A stretch of DNA of 64,000 nt, from positions 146,196,001-146,260,000 of the forward strand of contig NC_082715.1 of assembly GCF_030144855.1 (NCBI RefSeq). Reading direction: 5' to 3'. This stretch comes from Hypanus sabinus (Eukaryota). The notes beneath the pieces are model-generated. The model was not told the origin of the DNA. It worked only from the letters and a program-made list of their open reading frames with translations, and did no database searches. The position numbers and the translations under genes are program-made. This document shows, piece by piece, positions 34,839-48,831 of the stretch (position 1 is the stretch's first letter; every line of letters begins with the position of its first letter).

Positions 34839-34953
34839 CCTCACCCTGACCGCCTCGGAGTGGAACTCCCACGAAGAGTACACTTGCGGGGTTGCACACC
34901 AGTCTCTCGGGTCTCCACTGAAGCGAAGCATTCAGAAATCCGGCTGTGCGTAA
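34839..34953 (+). pseudogene. 5'-truncated IgL constant exon (pseudo-C fragment)
   Basis: Encodes LTLTASEWNSHEEYTCGVAHQSLGSPLKRSIQKSGCA*, matching 20994-21108 with 5 substitutions. Followed by a homologous 3' UTR and AATAAA (35123-35128). Preceded directly by a CR1 fragment; no splice acceptor and no 5' two-thirds of the exon. Confidence 0.93.
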
Positions 34954-35244
34954 GACAGAGCCGGCAGGCTGGGTGCGTGGTGTTACTTGTGGTCGGGGAC
35001 AGCAACGTTCTATGATTGTTTCCTTTCTATTGGCGAGCGGCTTTCGAAAAGCAGAACTTCAACAATATTTACATTATGAGAAAATTATCACTTTGTAATT
35101 GAGTCATTGAATCCTTTGTTTAAATAAAATAAAACACATTTTCTTCTGGCAACCTGTAAATCTTGTATGTCAATAGTTGAGTATAAACAGAGGAGTGGGG
35201 CCTATAAATCCCTAAATACATTGAGATTACGTACGCCATCTTTT

Positions 35245-35820
35245 AACATAGAAACACAGAAAAACCGGCAGCACAATATAAGCCCTTTCGGCCGCAAAGC
35301 TGTGTCGATCATGTCCTAATTTTAGAAATTACCTGGGGTTACCCATGGCACTCCATTCTTCTAAGCTCCATGTAGTTATCCAGGAGTCTCCTAAAAGACC
35401 CTATCGGTTCCTCCTCCACCACCGCCGCCGGCCGCCCATTCCACGCCATCACCACTTCCTGCGTAAAAAAAAAACTTACCCTTGACATCTCCCCTGTACC
35501 TCCTTCCAAGCACCGTAAAACTATGCCCTCTCGTGTAAGCCATTTCAGCCCTGGGAAAAAGCCTCTGACTAGCCGTACGATCAATGAGTTTCATTATCCT
35601 GACAACGTTTATCAGGTCACCTCTCATCCACCGTCGCTACAAGCAGAAAAAGCTGAGTTTACTCAACCTATTCTCATAAGGTATGCTCTCCAATCCAAAC
35701 AACATCCTTGTAAATCTGCTCTGCACCCTTTCTATGGTGTCCACGTCCTTGCTGTAGTGAGGCGACCAGAATTGAGCACAGTTGTCCAAGTGGGGTCTGA
35801 CCAGGGTCCTCTCAGCTCTT
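35245..35820 (-). mobile_element. CR1 3'-end fragment inserted downstream of the pseudo-C poly(A) site
   Basis: Frame LVRPHLDNCAQFWSPHYSKDVDTIERVQSRFTRMLFGLESIPYENRL. Interrupts the homology with 21390-21430. Confidence 0.85.
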
Positions 35821-38800
35821 AAACTCAGTCCCAACATCGCCAGTTTTTTAATGCAACACCGCCCGGAATTCGAAAAGCGGCGATATCGTTACAGGTTTTC
35901 ACATTAACAGAATGCGTTGAGTGGAGATGCCGCTGTACAAAAACAACAGCTACGGACGTTGATTTGCAGGAGCGATGTTGGGGATACAAAAAAAGGGACA
36001 GTTCCTACTCCGATCCGTTTGTTGATAACCATGGTCGGAAATGAACAGCAGTAATTCGCTACAGATGGAATTTGTACTCATGGAATCCAGATTAAGAAAC
36101 CAAAAGGCTATAAAGGCTATGATTGCAGCTATTTCATTTAGGTCTCGACCTAGACTCGGAATGGTACCGCAAAATACCATCCCAGAACTGCTCTGCACTT
36201 TTCCCAATGCAGGCGGAGCAGTAAGAAAGTTACGTCCTGAAATGTCGTCAAAATTCTTTGACAGCTGATGATGCGACCCTGGTTGTATCGTTATTAACCA
36301 TATAATTGAGACGAGGAAAAGGGCATTTTGTCCTCCCAACATGTTCAGACATTCATCAAGTTGTAGTTGAGATTCGAGCGTAGCGTCATGTTACTGCCTT
36401 ATGCCTTAATATTCAGAAACCCGTCGATTTTATGACCGAATTTAATAACTGTGCTTTGAAAGGGTGGAGAATTGCACCACCGAGTACACAGTAAGTGCGT
36501 GTTCTTGACTGAGGAGCAGGTTGTGCCAAGTTGCCATTGACGGGAACGTGACGGAACACCCCTAGTCAGAATTCCGCGAAAAAAGCACGGAGTGCTTCTC
36601 ACTTCAGTTCCTAATAGCAACCGCTCAGTCTGAGACTGGAGCCGTGGCTGTGGACCAACATATTGGAAAGTCTCTTGTCTTCACGCAGCGTGTTAAACTC
36701 CGTTGGAATTTTAAACTTCATCGAGGTCTCCCCTTACTCTCGTAAGTTCTGGAGAAAACAGGCCCAGACTACGTAAATTATTCTCATATAGTGAGTCCAC
36801 CGTCCCTGGAACTAGCCTGGTGAATGTTTGTTGAAACCCCTCCATCTTTTTAAGCGGCGATATCAAAACTACAAAATGACGTCACCATTCGTCTACTTAG
36901 ATCTCTATCATTACAAAGGCTAAAATAACATTTGCCCTCCTTGTGGTCTGTTGTTCTGGCTCTTCCGATTTCAGAAACCCGAAACCCGTTAAGCTTGAAA
37001 CAACACTACCATGAAAGTAATATACAGTACTCTGACATTGAAATATTTGTAAAATATATTCAAATTGGAACATGATATTAAACAACTAAACTAGCGTTCA
37101 AACTAAAAATAGTTCGTGAAACTGATAAATACACAAATAGTTAAAGTAATAAATTAACTTAAGCCGATCTTACAATCTATCAATCAATCTTTACAATCTG
37201 TCTTTCTTTTCATACAACTCATCTTTTCCCTACACTCTTGCAACAATGGTGTTTCCAGTGGTTTGAGGTGGTGAACATGGCCCAAGGCACAAGGGTGAAT
37301 AACAGTGCAATGCTGGGTGGGGTCCTTTCGGTTCTGCTACAGCGCAGTATTTGGTACTCCACAACAAAAACTGACCGGCATGCAGATAGTTTTCAAAAAA
37401 TCGTTCTCAGAGCTTGAAAATGCGCACCTTCCAAAGAATGACCAATTCCATCTGGTCGAAAGAAGATTTAATGAAAACAGGGAGTGCTGATCTCGTCATT
37501 GAATTTGCTTTTAACTGCTAACGTTTCGGATTATATGCATTGATTAATAGATAAAAAACCATCTTTTCAACCTCTGTTCCACCTTTTTACTGAAAGTAAA
37601 CAGATTGCCCGTTGTATGAACGATTTTAATGTTTGATTAGCGAACGAAGGTACAAGGTGTCGGATATTCTGTTGGTTGTTGCAGTCGGGGTAACGTTGCT
37701 GGGGTGTGACAATATTAGGTAGAAATCATCGTTAGCAAGGATTCTTATTAGAGCAGTGATCAATATGCGTGACGAGAAGACATTAATTATGCTCATTTTG
37801 GGATGACTTCGAGTTAGGATTTGTCCAGGTGTTTATTGATCCGGAGCATGCGTGTGAGGCTGAGACCAGTAATATTTCTCAACAGTGCATTTAAGTGGCG
37901 GATGTTTCCTCCCTACCACTGAGATCATCCACAATAGTGTGAGACTGGTACTTTGTGTAACCTGCATAGATTCCGTGGTCCAGGCATACAGAATCCCTCC
38001 AGCCCATCTCCCCCTCATTGTCGAAGCAATTCTTAAATAAACGTCCATTTTATGCTTGCATGTTATGCTTTGCTTAAACTTGGTCCATCCTATGGTGCAT
38101 TAAAATTCCACCGGAAAATGACGTCAATAAGTACTCTCCGAAGTGAATCCAAGTCAAATCTCTAATCACCACCTTCGCTCAGTCCTAGGTTTAATATTTC
38201 TCCAGGAATTTATAATCATCTTTGAGATAAAAGTTAGCTGACACAGTTCAGCATTTCCGTAAGCATGCAACCTTTGATTTTATGAAATATCTGATTATAT
38301 CCTTGTTGTAAATTAGTAATATTTTGTTGGCATCTAAAAAGTCAAAGACCGAAGAAAGCTGCAGCATTACCAACACAGGACAACCTAACTCCACCCACTA
38401 CCTATCACTGCTCCATGTCCTGACCCGTTGTTCTGCTATTCCTCATACGCTGTGCTTCATAAGGTCTTCTAACGCCCAGCAGAGGCACCGATGAATACCG
38501 TATATGACTGATCTTTGAGGAGAAAGTTGGGAATGCTTCATATAAAAAGAAGCTTTTAGTCCTCATTTTATGCAAATCTTCAGTCAAAGACGGTTGACTC
38601 CAGATCAAGTTTTAACAGCTACGGAAAAGGCGTCCCAATGTTTGGTTTATCAAAACAATTGATGATTTTGCACAGAGATTGCTTCACATTCTGTTAAACT
38701 ATAATAAATTTACTCCAGTTTTCTTAAATATCTGTTGAATGGATATTGTTTTCTCCTTAGGAATTAATTCAGTCTACTATGCTGCACTGACACCAAGCAA

Positions 38801-41506
38801 ATATATCGTGTCTTAGACACAGAAAATATGGACTAGGTAGAAAAAATCGTGGTCTCTGAAACTTCCTGTAAAATATGAAGAAGTCATTTAAGCATACCAC
38901 TTACCTCCACTATACTAAGCCAAACTATAATGCGTAAAAGTAATATTGTAAACACTTTCTATTGCATTTGGCAAATCAAAACTGAAAGATCAGAAACAAA
39001 AGGTCATGAAAGCATCAAAATATGGGCTCATCACTTACTGTTAATTAATAATAATTGTCAAAACATTACTTCTGACTTATTGCTCTGCAACACCTCAACG
39101 TATGGCGCAATATATTTTATGAAATATCACCACTCCAGGTTTCCCCATTTCCGTTCGATTTATCCGCTCTCGTCGGAAACTACTTCAATATTACATTCAC
39201 ACGTTCACAGTGTTGTAAGGGTGTTCACTATTTCAATGAGATGACCCCTCTGTTCTGAACAGTGGAGAATTTTGATATAACATTCACAACTCTCCACATG
39301 GAATTAACCTCTCCTTGGAGAGTGAAATTCAATTTCAACGATAGTAGCGTGAACCTGAGCGGTACCGGAGTTCGGAGTTGAATCCCTACGTAATTCGTAA
39401 GGAGTTTCTATGTTCCTCCCCTTGATCTCGTGGGTTTCCTCCGGGTGTTCCGGTTTCCTGCCAGATTCTAAAGATATGTATTGCATGTTGTCCTATGCTT
39501 AGGGTAGGGCTCATAGCGGGGGTGTGCGGGGAGGGTGCTGCTCGGCTGTGAGGCTCATTGGGTCGGAAGGTGGTTTTCCACGCTATGTCTCTAAATAAGT
39601 AAATAAAATCTTCAGTTTCCGTCCTGTTAAAGTTCGACTGCGAATCCACTATGCTATTTTACCATTATAATCATGTCCTACTGCTCTTCCCGCAGATTGT
39701 TTCCATTAATTTTCGGTGAATCATTTATAGATCCGAATGAACAAGATGAAATGTATTCTAAAATTCATCTTGTCAGACCTATATATTTTGCATGTCGCAA
39801 TAAGATCATCTCTCATTTTGCTGAAATCCGGTAACTTTACACCAGACTTATTAAGTGTCTTATAATGGGTCATCGCTACAGAAGAACACCAGTAAAATTA
39901 TGTTTTATTCATTCCAAATCATGTGTAAGCTATACTGTGGAAAGAGAAACAGACTGCAATCAGTATTCCACATGTACCGTAGGAGCAGCCTGTAGAATTT
40001 CAGCAACACCTGGAGCAATGGTCAATATAAACAACGGAACATTAAATAATATGAGCCAAATTAATATTAAATATCAAACACGAGGAAATCTGCAGATGTC
40101 AGAAATTGAAGCAACACATACAAAACGCTGGTGGAACGCAGCAGGCCAGGCAGCATCAATAGGGAGAAACACTGTGGACGTTTCGGGCCGAGACCCTTCG
40201 TATTAAATATTGAATATGCTTGCTGTTAAACTAAAGAGGGAAGAGCAAAAAAGCGCATCGGAGAAGATGTCAGAATATCGACTTTTAATTTGAAATGTCA
40301 CACATTAACATTCAACTTTGCAATATCACAATATTTATCCTGTCTTCCATGTAAGGCTAACTTCTCTAGATTAGCAATACAGAAGGAATGGGTGCCTTAA
40401 CGCAATTGTGAATGCTGAAATAATTCGTAAAATCACTAACATCAAATGATATTCATTCTTCAATAGCTATTCAGTATTTTGAGCGTTTTGGGCTCCAGGA
40501 TCCACCATATTCTGATTCAGGTTTTCAAAATCAGTTCAGGTTTATGCAGAAACTAATAAATGCCCAGAAATTGGAAACGAGTGATAAATATCAGAAGAGC
40601 GAAGGAAGGGTTTGGAATCACCATATTTCCAATGTTGCCAATTTCATTAGTTCCATGATATTCTCTAGGAGTCTGTTAAGTTAGTCATCCTCCGTTTCCA
40701 TCTATCAGATAAGGAGAGATTTCTCATAGGCTTATTTCCACCAGACTTGTATATTCACCCGGCACTTTACTGTCTCTTCCTCGGAATCCACAAAGCAAAC
40801 AATTTGGAAGTGCTGCATTTGGACTCTGTATACAGATCATTGACGTAGATTGTGAACAGCAGTCGTGGTTTCTCTGAAACTATCTGAATATCACAATTAC
40901 CCAAACAAAACGAGCCTTTAACCCTTAGCCCCTGTCAAAATATTGTTTCTAATACGGTGTTATTTTAAAAAATCTTGACTATTAACCCGTTGCTTTGGCG
41001 CGTGGGCAAGTGTATAAGGCATCGGTCTTGTGATCTGAAGGTCACTAGTTCGAGCCTCAGCTGAGGCAGAGCGTTGTGTCCTTGAGCAAGGCACTTAACA
41101 ACACATTGCTCTGCGATGACACCGGTGTCAAGCTGTTTGGGTCTTAGTGCCCTTCCCTTGGACAACATCGGTGGCGTAGAGAAGTGTGACTTGCAGCATG
41201 GGCAACTGCCGGTCACCCATACAGCCCTGCTCAGGCCTACGCCCTGGAAAAAGAAACCTTCCAAGGCGCAAATCCCTGGTCTCACGGACTAACGGATGCC
41301 TATATAAATTAGCCCGTTGTTATGCTTCCATTCGAAGGCCTTCTGGAAGTTCATATACACAATGACACCGATTATATCTTCTGTATTCTGCTGCTAACAG
41401 CCATGAATAAGCCAGCTCAATGTTAATTCCCATTTATAAATACTTGCTGATACTGCCCATTTCCATAATTACTTTCCAAGGGCCTTCTTCCTTGTTCAAT
41501 AATTAT

Positions 41507-41681
41507 NNNNNNNNNNNNNNNNNNNNNNNNNNNNNNNNNNNNNNNNNNNNNNNNNNNNNNNNNNNNNNNNNNNNNNNNNNNNNNNNNNNNNNNNNNNNNN
41601 NNNNNNNNNNNNNNNNNNNNNNNNNNNNNNNNNNNNNNNNNNNNNNNNNNNNNNNNNNNNNNNNNNNNNNNNNNNNNNNNN
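41507..41681. other. Assembly gap (175 N)
   Basis: Run of N. The flanks match both sides of the (GATA)n tail at 7141-7214 in the paralogous region. Confidence 0.99.
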
Positions 41682-42444
41682 GGAAATTCATCATTTTTCC
41701 AGTGTCCCATACACTTTCTCCATACACATACTCCAGTATGGCAGTGCGCAGCAGGGCCATGTTTAATATATTGAGGCTTTTCTCAGTTTTTGACGCGAAA
41801 TGGGTGGGGGGCGTTGATTATTTGTGAACGCTGTATTCCACAGACGAGAGGACGGTAGGCTGATAATTGATGATCACTGTATTACACAGAGCGGAGGATG
41901 GTAGGCTGCCAATTGATGATCACTGTATTACACGGAGCGGAGGATGGTAGGCTGACAATTGGTGATCACTGTATTACACGGACGGGAGGACTGTAGGCTG
42001 ATAATTGGTGAGTGCTGTATTACACGGAGGGACGACGGCTGACTGATGAGGAACGCGAAGTGCGTTTTCCGAGTATTGAATGGGATTCACCCAACTTGGG
42101 TTGTGACGCCAGTCTCTTCCTTACGAATTAACTCCCCCAACTTCCCTTTACCGACGGGAGCGAACAAACTACGAGTGTAGAGGCAATTGGAGATAACTTT
42201 TCTTTGTAAAGAAGGAAAATTGAGTCTCAGCTACTTGCTTTGCTGTTGTGGTAAACGTTGGAAAAGGTGGATTGGGTAGATTAGAAGTGAATTGCATTGT
42301 GAACCGTCCTGCTGAAGGGTTTCGGCTCATCGACTGTACTTTTTTCCACAGATGCTGCCCGGCCTGATGAGTTCCTCCAGTATTTTGTGTGTGTTGCTCA
42401 GATTTTGTCTGGTTCGTGTGTTGCGAAATTTTCATATCTTATTT

Positions 42445-43562
42445 CAAGTCAAATCACTTTTTATTGTCATTTCGACCATAACTGCTGGTACACTACACAG
42501 TAAAAACGAGACAACGTTTTTCAGGATCATGATACTAAATAAAATTGTACAAAAACTACACTGAACTACGTAAAAAAAAACACAGATAAAAAACTACACT
42601 AGACTACAGGCCTACCCAGGACCGCATAAAGTGCACAAAACAGTGCAGGCATAACAATAAATAATAAACAAGGCAATAGGCACAGTAGAGGGCAGTATGC
42701 CGGTGCAGTCCAGGCTCTGGGTATTGAGGAGTCTGATAGCTTGCGGGAAGAAACTGTTATATAGTCTGGTCGTGAGAGCGAGAAAGCTACGGGGCCTTTT
42801 CCCAGATGGCAGGAGGGAGAAGAGTTTATATGAGGGGTGCGTGGGATCCTTCATGATGCGGCTTGCCTTGCGGATGGAGCGTGTAGCGAAAATGTCCGTA
42901 ATGGCGGTAAGAGGGACACCGATGATCTTCTCAGCTGACCTCACTATCCGCTGCAGGGTCTTGCGATCCAAGATGGTGCAATTTCCGAATCAGATAGTGA
43001 TGCAGCTGCCCAGGATGCTCTCAATACAACTCCTGCAGAATGTGATGAGGATAGGGGGTGGGAGATGGATTTTCCTCAACCTTCGCAGAAAGTAAAGACG
43101 CTATTGGGCTTTATTTGCTATGGAGCTGGTGTTGAGGGACCAGGTGAGATTCTCCGCCAGGTGAACACCAAGAGATTTGGTGCTCTTAACGATTTATACT
43201 CAGGAGCCGTCAATGACTAGCGGGGAGTGGTCGCTTCGTGCCATCCTGAAGTCAACAACCATCTCTTTTGTTTTCTTCACATTCAGAGACAGGTTGTTGG
43301 CTCTGAACCAGTCCGTTAGCCGCTGCACCTCCTCTCTGTAAGCTGACTCGTCGTTCTTGCAGATGAGACCCAGCACGGTCGTGCCATCGGCGAAATTGAT
43401 GATATGGTTGCAGCTGTGTGTTGCAGCGTAGTTATGGGTCAGCAGAGTGAACAGCAGTGGACTGAACACACAGCCATGGGGGCCCGCGTGCGCAGTGTGA
43501 TGGTGTTGGAGATGCTGGCTCCGATCCGGACTGACTGAGGTCTCCCAGTCAGGAAGTCTAGT
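42445..43562 (-). mobile_element. Rex/Babar LINE 3' fragment, paralogue of 9446-10560
   Basis: Same frames; scattered mismatches up to 43412, identical thereafter. Confidence 0.8.
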
Positions 43563-46500
43563 TTTCTAGCCTAGAAGTCTAGTCTAGATTTCGGTTTTCT
43601 GGTTCAGTTATTTATTAAGCCGTTCTTCGCATACAGTCCGTCTTTGCAAAGGAAGCAACTTTTCAGTGGGTTTTACATGGTCTGGTGATTCAGGTTGTCC
43701 TATTCCATTGTGTCCAGTCTGTGGCAAACAACGTAGAAATCCAGCAATGTCTCCAGCAAAATTGAAAAGGCACCTAACTACTAATCACAGTCATTAGACA
43801 TGTAATAATGTTGATTATTCTAATCGGCTATTGGAATCTCAAAACAGACTAAAGCTTTGGTTAATAAAGTCACAGTCAGTAAAAGATTCAGAATTAAGCT
43901 ATTATCCTGAAACGAAAATATCACACAGTTGTTGAGGACCTAACAATGCCAGCATGTAAAATTATCATGGGTGAATTGCTAGGACAAGATTCAGTACGAG
44001 AAATTGCAAAGATTTCACCCACAAAATTACGATAATCGATGTATTGATGACAAGTCACAGGATGCTGAAAAGATTTTGTGTGATAAGCTGAAAAACAACA
44101 GCTTCTCTATCCAGGTTGACGAGTCAAAAAATTGACCAATAAATGTCATGTTGTGGTATTTGTAAAATTTATAAGTGATGGTGAAATCCAAGAAAACTTT
44201 TTGCGTTGCAAAGAGCTTCCCGAAACAAGAACAGGCCAAGATAGATCTGATGTTTGATCTTCATATTGGAAAAAAGTGTCTGTCTTGGAGGAACTGTGTT
44301 GACATCAGTACTGACGGTGCCCCATCAATGGTTGGTTCTATGAGATCTTTCCTTTCTCTTGAGAAAACCGCATTTTCTGGCCGTCTCTGGAAAACGGGCT
44401 TGTTAGCACCTCGCTAACAGCCATTGGATTCCGCGGTGATAAACCTCCTTTCTCCAGCTTCGTGCATCTCCGGTGTCTGCAATGCTGGCCCAGCCAAACA
44501 CTGGTTTTGCGAATGCTTTGTAATTTATTGCCTACGGCAGGAAATAACAGATCGTAAATGAATATACAATTTATAAAGTATATTTAAGAATGTTAATTTA
44601 AGCAAACTGTTATTAAATGAAAGTAAGAAAAAAAAAACAAAAAAGGGCCCATTACTCTTAAACAGTCAAATGTGCAGTTAGGTTGGAGCTTATCTTGAAC
44701 TTGTCTGCCACTCATGCGCTGGACCCTCCGTCTGCGTGAAAGCACACACCACCATCTGAACATCGCTTGAAATCCATTTCGAACAAACGGGTCTCCCACG
44801 GGAGTATTGGTTCTTCCTTTTGAAGTCATTTCATCTACACAAAGCACCTTGTGCAACAGGTAGAGCATCCTCAGCCATCTTTGGCCATTGTCTTCTTCTG
44901 GCTCCCGCCAACCCAGCGTTTGTCAGTTCCTTCCCCCAATTCCACTATCCTGATTAGCTGGTAGCTTATTCCCAAGTTGAATAACAGCCCTTTATCTTAG
45001 CTCAAACCGAAACAAGCTGAAAGCAGAACAGACTGCTCTTACAGAACTGCTAAAATGAAATAACTACAGCTCGCGGCAGCGGAGTTCGGATGTCAATCTT
45101 GACGTCCTCCGTAAAAAATTTAAACATTCTTCCCGTGAAGCGCGAGTTTCTACCCGGTGGTACGATTTCCTCCCACGTTCCAAAGATCCATATTATAATT
45201 TGTCCTGTAATTAGGATAGGATAAATAAGTGGGTTTCTGGGCTGTGCGGCTCTTTGGGTCGGAAGGGCCATGTAAATAAATCAAAAATTAAGATTATTAA
45301 GATTGGATGTGAGTACACTATTGGTTTACTTACCAATATAAACAAAGCCTCTTGCCTTCCCAGCTGACTGTTGTTCACTCACACTGACTCGCTGTGATTT
45401 ACTTATAGAAACTACGTTGTCTTCTAATACTGACATTACTATTTAATCTATTGCTTTCATTTTCAGTTCATGTAGATGGTTAGAAACGACACAGGAGACC
45501 GTTGGGCTTGCAGCTATAGCTTTCTGACTGGCTTTGTGGCTGTTCCTCGACTTCAGTATTGAATGCAACTTACGTACTTTTATTGTTTGTAGGACTTGTG
45601 TTTTTTCATGCACATTGGATGTTTGACGATCTTCCTTTTTAATGGGTTCTATTGGGTAGCTGCTTGTCAGGAGAAGGATATCAATGTTGTATATAGTAAA
45701 CACTGACATAAATGTACTTTGAACTTTGAAAGAAGGGTAAGGGTTGTCAATAGCAATCCCGACATTATTCAGTGCCCTTCCGTTCACTGTGTAACACCTG
45801 CCCTGATTGGCCCTACCAAAGGTGAACAGCTTGCACTTGTCAGCATTAAATTCCATCTGTCATTTTTCAGCCTAGATTTCGAACTGGGCCAGATCGCCCC
45901 AGAAGGACTGATAGTCTTCCTCGCTGTCCACTATACCCCCAATCTTGGTGTCAACCAGAAAGGTGCTGATCTAGGTAACCAGGTTATCAACCAGATCAAT
46001 GATATAGATGACAAACAACAACGAACCCAGGTCGGCTCGCACGGACACTCCACCAGTTACAGGCCTCCAGTAAGAGAGCTAACCATCTCCTGTCATTCTC
46101 TGGTTTCTCCCCCAAAGCCTATGTCTGAGCTATTTGATGACCTCAACTTTCATGCTGAGCAACTTAAACTTCTTGACCAGCCTCCCATGTGGGACCTTTT
46201 CAAATGCCTTGCTGAAGTCCATGTAGACACCATCCACTACGTTGCCTTCATCCACTTTCCTGGTAATTTCCTCGAAAAACTTGGTTCGTCTCGACTTACC
46301 AAGCAGAAAGCCATGCTGATCATCCCTGATCAATCTCTCTCTATCCAAATACTCATCGATCCTATCTCTTAGAATACCTCCCAACACTGATGTCAGGTTC
46401 ACTCGCCTTCAATTACCTGGTGCATGTTTAGAGCTTTTCTTAAACAGCGGGAGAACATTGGCTATCCTGTAATATTCCGGTACTTCTCCTGTCCTTAAGA

Positions 46501-48559
46501 ATCATGCTGTTAGGGCTCCTGTAGTTTCTGCAATTGCCTTCCACAGAGTTCAAGGGAACACTTTGTTAGGCCTGGGGATTTATCACCCTAATTTGCCTCA
46601 GGATAGCAACACCTCTTCTTCTGAAGTCTGCATAGGGTCCTCGATCTCGCTTCCTCTTTCCCTCGTTTCTATAGATTCTGTGTCCGTCTCTCGAGTGAAT
46701 AGAGTTGCAACAAAAATAAAGATTTAAGATCTTCCCATCTCTTCTGGCTCCACACACAGTTTAGCATTCTGATCTTCCATAGGACCACTTCTGTCCCTTG
46801 CAATCCTTTTGATCGCAATATATCTCTAGTCACCCTTAGGATTCTCATTCACTTTGCAAACATCAGACCTTCCTTTTGCCCTCCTGATTTCTTCCTTATG
46901 TGTCCTCTTGCAATTCATATACTCTAGAAGTACCTCATTTGTCCCTACCTGCCAGCACCTGCGATGCTCTTCCTTTTTCTCCTTAGACATGGCCTCAATA
47001 TCTCTTGAAAACCCTGAACACGTTTTCTTTAACTTTTGTTTCGACAGGCACATACAAGGCTTTTACTCTCAGATTTTCACGCTTGAAGGCCTCCTACTTA
47101 TCAAGTACACCCTTACCAGAAGGCAGCCTGTCCCAATCCACACTTGCCAGATCCTTTCTGATGCCATTAAAATTGGTCTTTTCCAATTTAGATATACATA
47201 CCTAACTAACTGTAATGACGTGAATAAGAGGAAGTTAAAAGAACCCGATGGGCGGACTGCATGTCGCTTTGCGTTCAATCGTTGATTGCCAAGAGTTATT
47301 CCCGTTTAAGAGTGAATCGATCGTTTAAGTTACTTTAACGAGGGGAATAGATTGCATATTTCTACGCAAAAGTTTCCGTGGTTTGGAGGATCATCAAATT
47401 GAGAAGGAGTTCACAGCTTTATCTTTTTCAATTATTTATCTAGTATTTTAAAAAGTCTTTTTTTCCCCAACACCATCTCCTGCAAAATATTCCACAACAA
47501 ATTTCTGCAGTGTTATTCTTTATTGCTGTCTTGTTTCGCCAACTACTTATGTTAGTGTTTTATGGGTACAAATACTTTGCCATAAATATTTTTCTTTATA
47601 TACAAAGCTAAAATAAAATCAACCAAGGCACCGTATTGTGCCCTTGAGCAAGGGTCGTCACCACACATTGCTCTGCGACGACACCTGTGCCAATCTGTAT
47701 CGGCCCTTGCCCTTCCTTTGGACAACATCGGTCGCGTGGAGAGGGGATACTTGCAGCATGGGCAACTGCCGGTCTTCCATACAAACCTATCCAGCCTGCA
47801 CCCTGGAAACTTTCCAAGGCGGAAATCCATGGGCTATCGAAACTAACAGATGCCTATAATAAAATTAAATTCAAAACGTTTAATGTCTTTGTCAAGCTTA
47901 CTGTCAAAGTCACTCTTTCAGCTGATCAATAATTTTTATATAGTCTCTCAGCTGACGTAAGTATTTGTGTCCTGACAATACTGTATTCCGAATCCGTACA
48001 TATGCTATGTGCCTGGCAACCTAGTTAAAGTAATAAACACAATCATGATCGATATATTTGATTTTGCATGTTGAATCACCCAATGTCATCACCGAATATA
48101 GCATTTTTAGCAGGTCGTACACTTTTGATTTATTCTGTTAATTTCTCGCTTACTCGTGGCGCTTGGATACATCTCAAAGTAACCGAGATATTCAAGGATT
48201 TTTGGAGTTTTCATTAAAAATCTACTAATTGTGAGGATCACGCATGATCACGATGCACGGTACACATAGCTGAAACTCATGGATAGGTTTCTTTATTGAA
48301 GAGTATCGGGTTTGTTGCAAGGTTAGTAAGGTGATTGATTTTCTGATTTCTGATACGTGTAAAGGGAAGGTTAAACATTTAGACAGATTAACTGACAGAT
48401 ACTGCGACGTTTATGCGGTTACAGATAAAAATTTGTGAACACGTATAACGTGCAAAATCACTATCGGATAGTTCGTCAATGTCGCCATTTCGAGCTGGGA
48501 AATCTTACGAGATGGCAACCTGAACACAGCTGCTCCATTCAGTCTCGGAATCTCAGCGT

Positions 48560-48569
48560 TAATTTGCAT
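48560..48569 (+). promoter_or_regulatory. IgL promoter octamer/decamer, copy 2
   Basis: Identical to 15558-15567 (offset 33002). Confidence 0.9.
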
Positions 48570-48687
48570 AAATGTAGAGCACATAATCACGTGGTCCTCT
48601 TCGTTGCACTGATAAGGCAAGGAGAGCCGGCCAGCGTTATACTCTGTTTGCAAACCGTGCACTTTGCAGAACTCATCCGAATTCACC

Positions 48688-48730
48688 ATGTCCGGGAGGG
48701 TGGGAGTCATCTTGATAATTTGCGTAGCCT
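48688..48730 (+). CDS. IGL: IgL leader exon, copy 2
   Basis: Identical to copy 1, same donor GTAAGT. Confidence 0.88.
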
Positions 48731-48831
48731 GTAAGTATCTAAGAACAGTTATTTGGATTTTTAGAGCGCTTTTATGTTGCAGATAATTAATCACATGAAG
48801 TCTGCCATCACATATTGTTTTATTTTTCTAG

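Larger units (their letters stand above)
10411..43412 (+). repeat. ~33.0-kb tandem segmental duplication unit, copy 1
   Basis: Sequence and ORF track repeat at offsets 33002, then 33003, then 33001. The last mismatch before near-identity is at 10410/43412. Confidence 0.9.

Noticed and set aside
34839-35130. Pseudo-C as a processed retrocopy
   Set aside because: No poly(A) tract, and homology continues for kilobases beyond the poly(A) signal, so it is a genomic duplicate.
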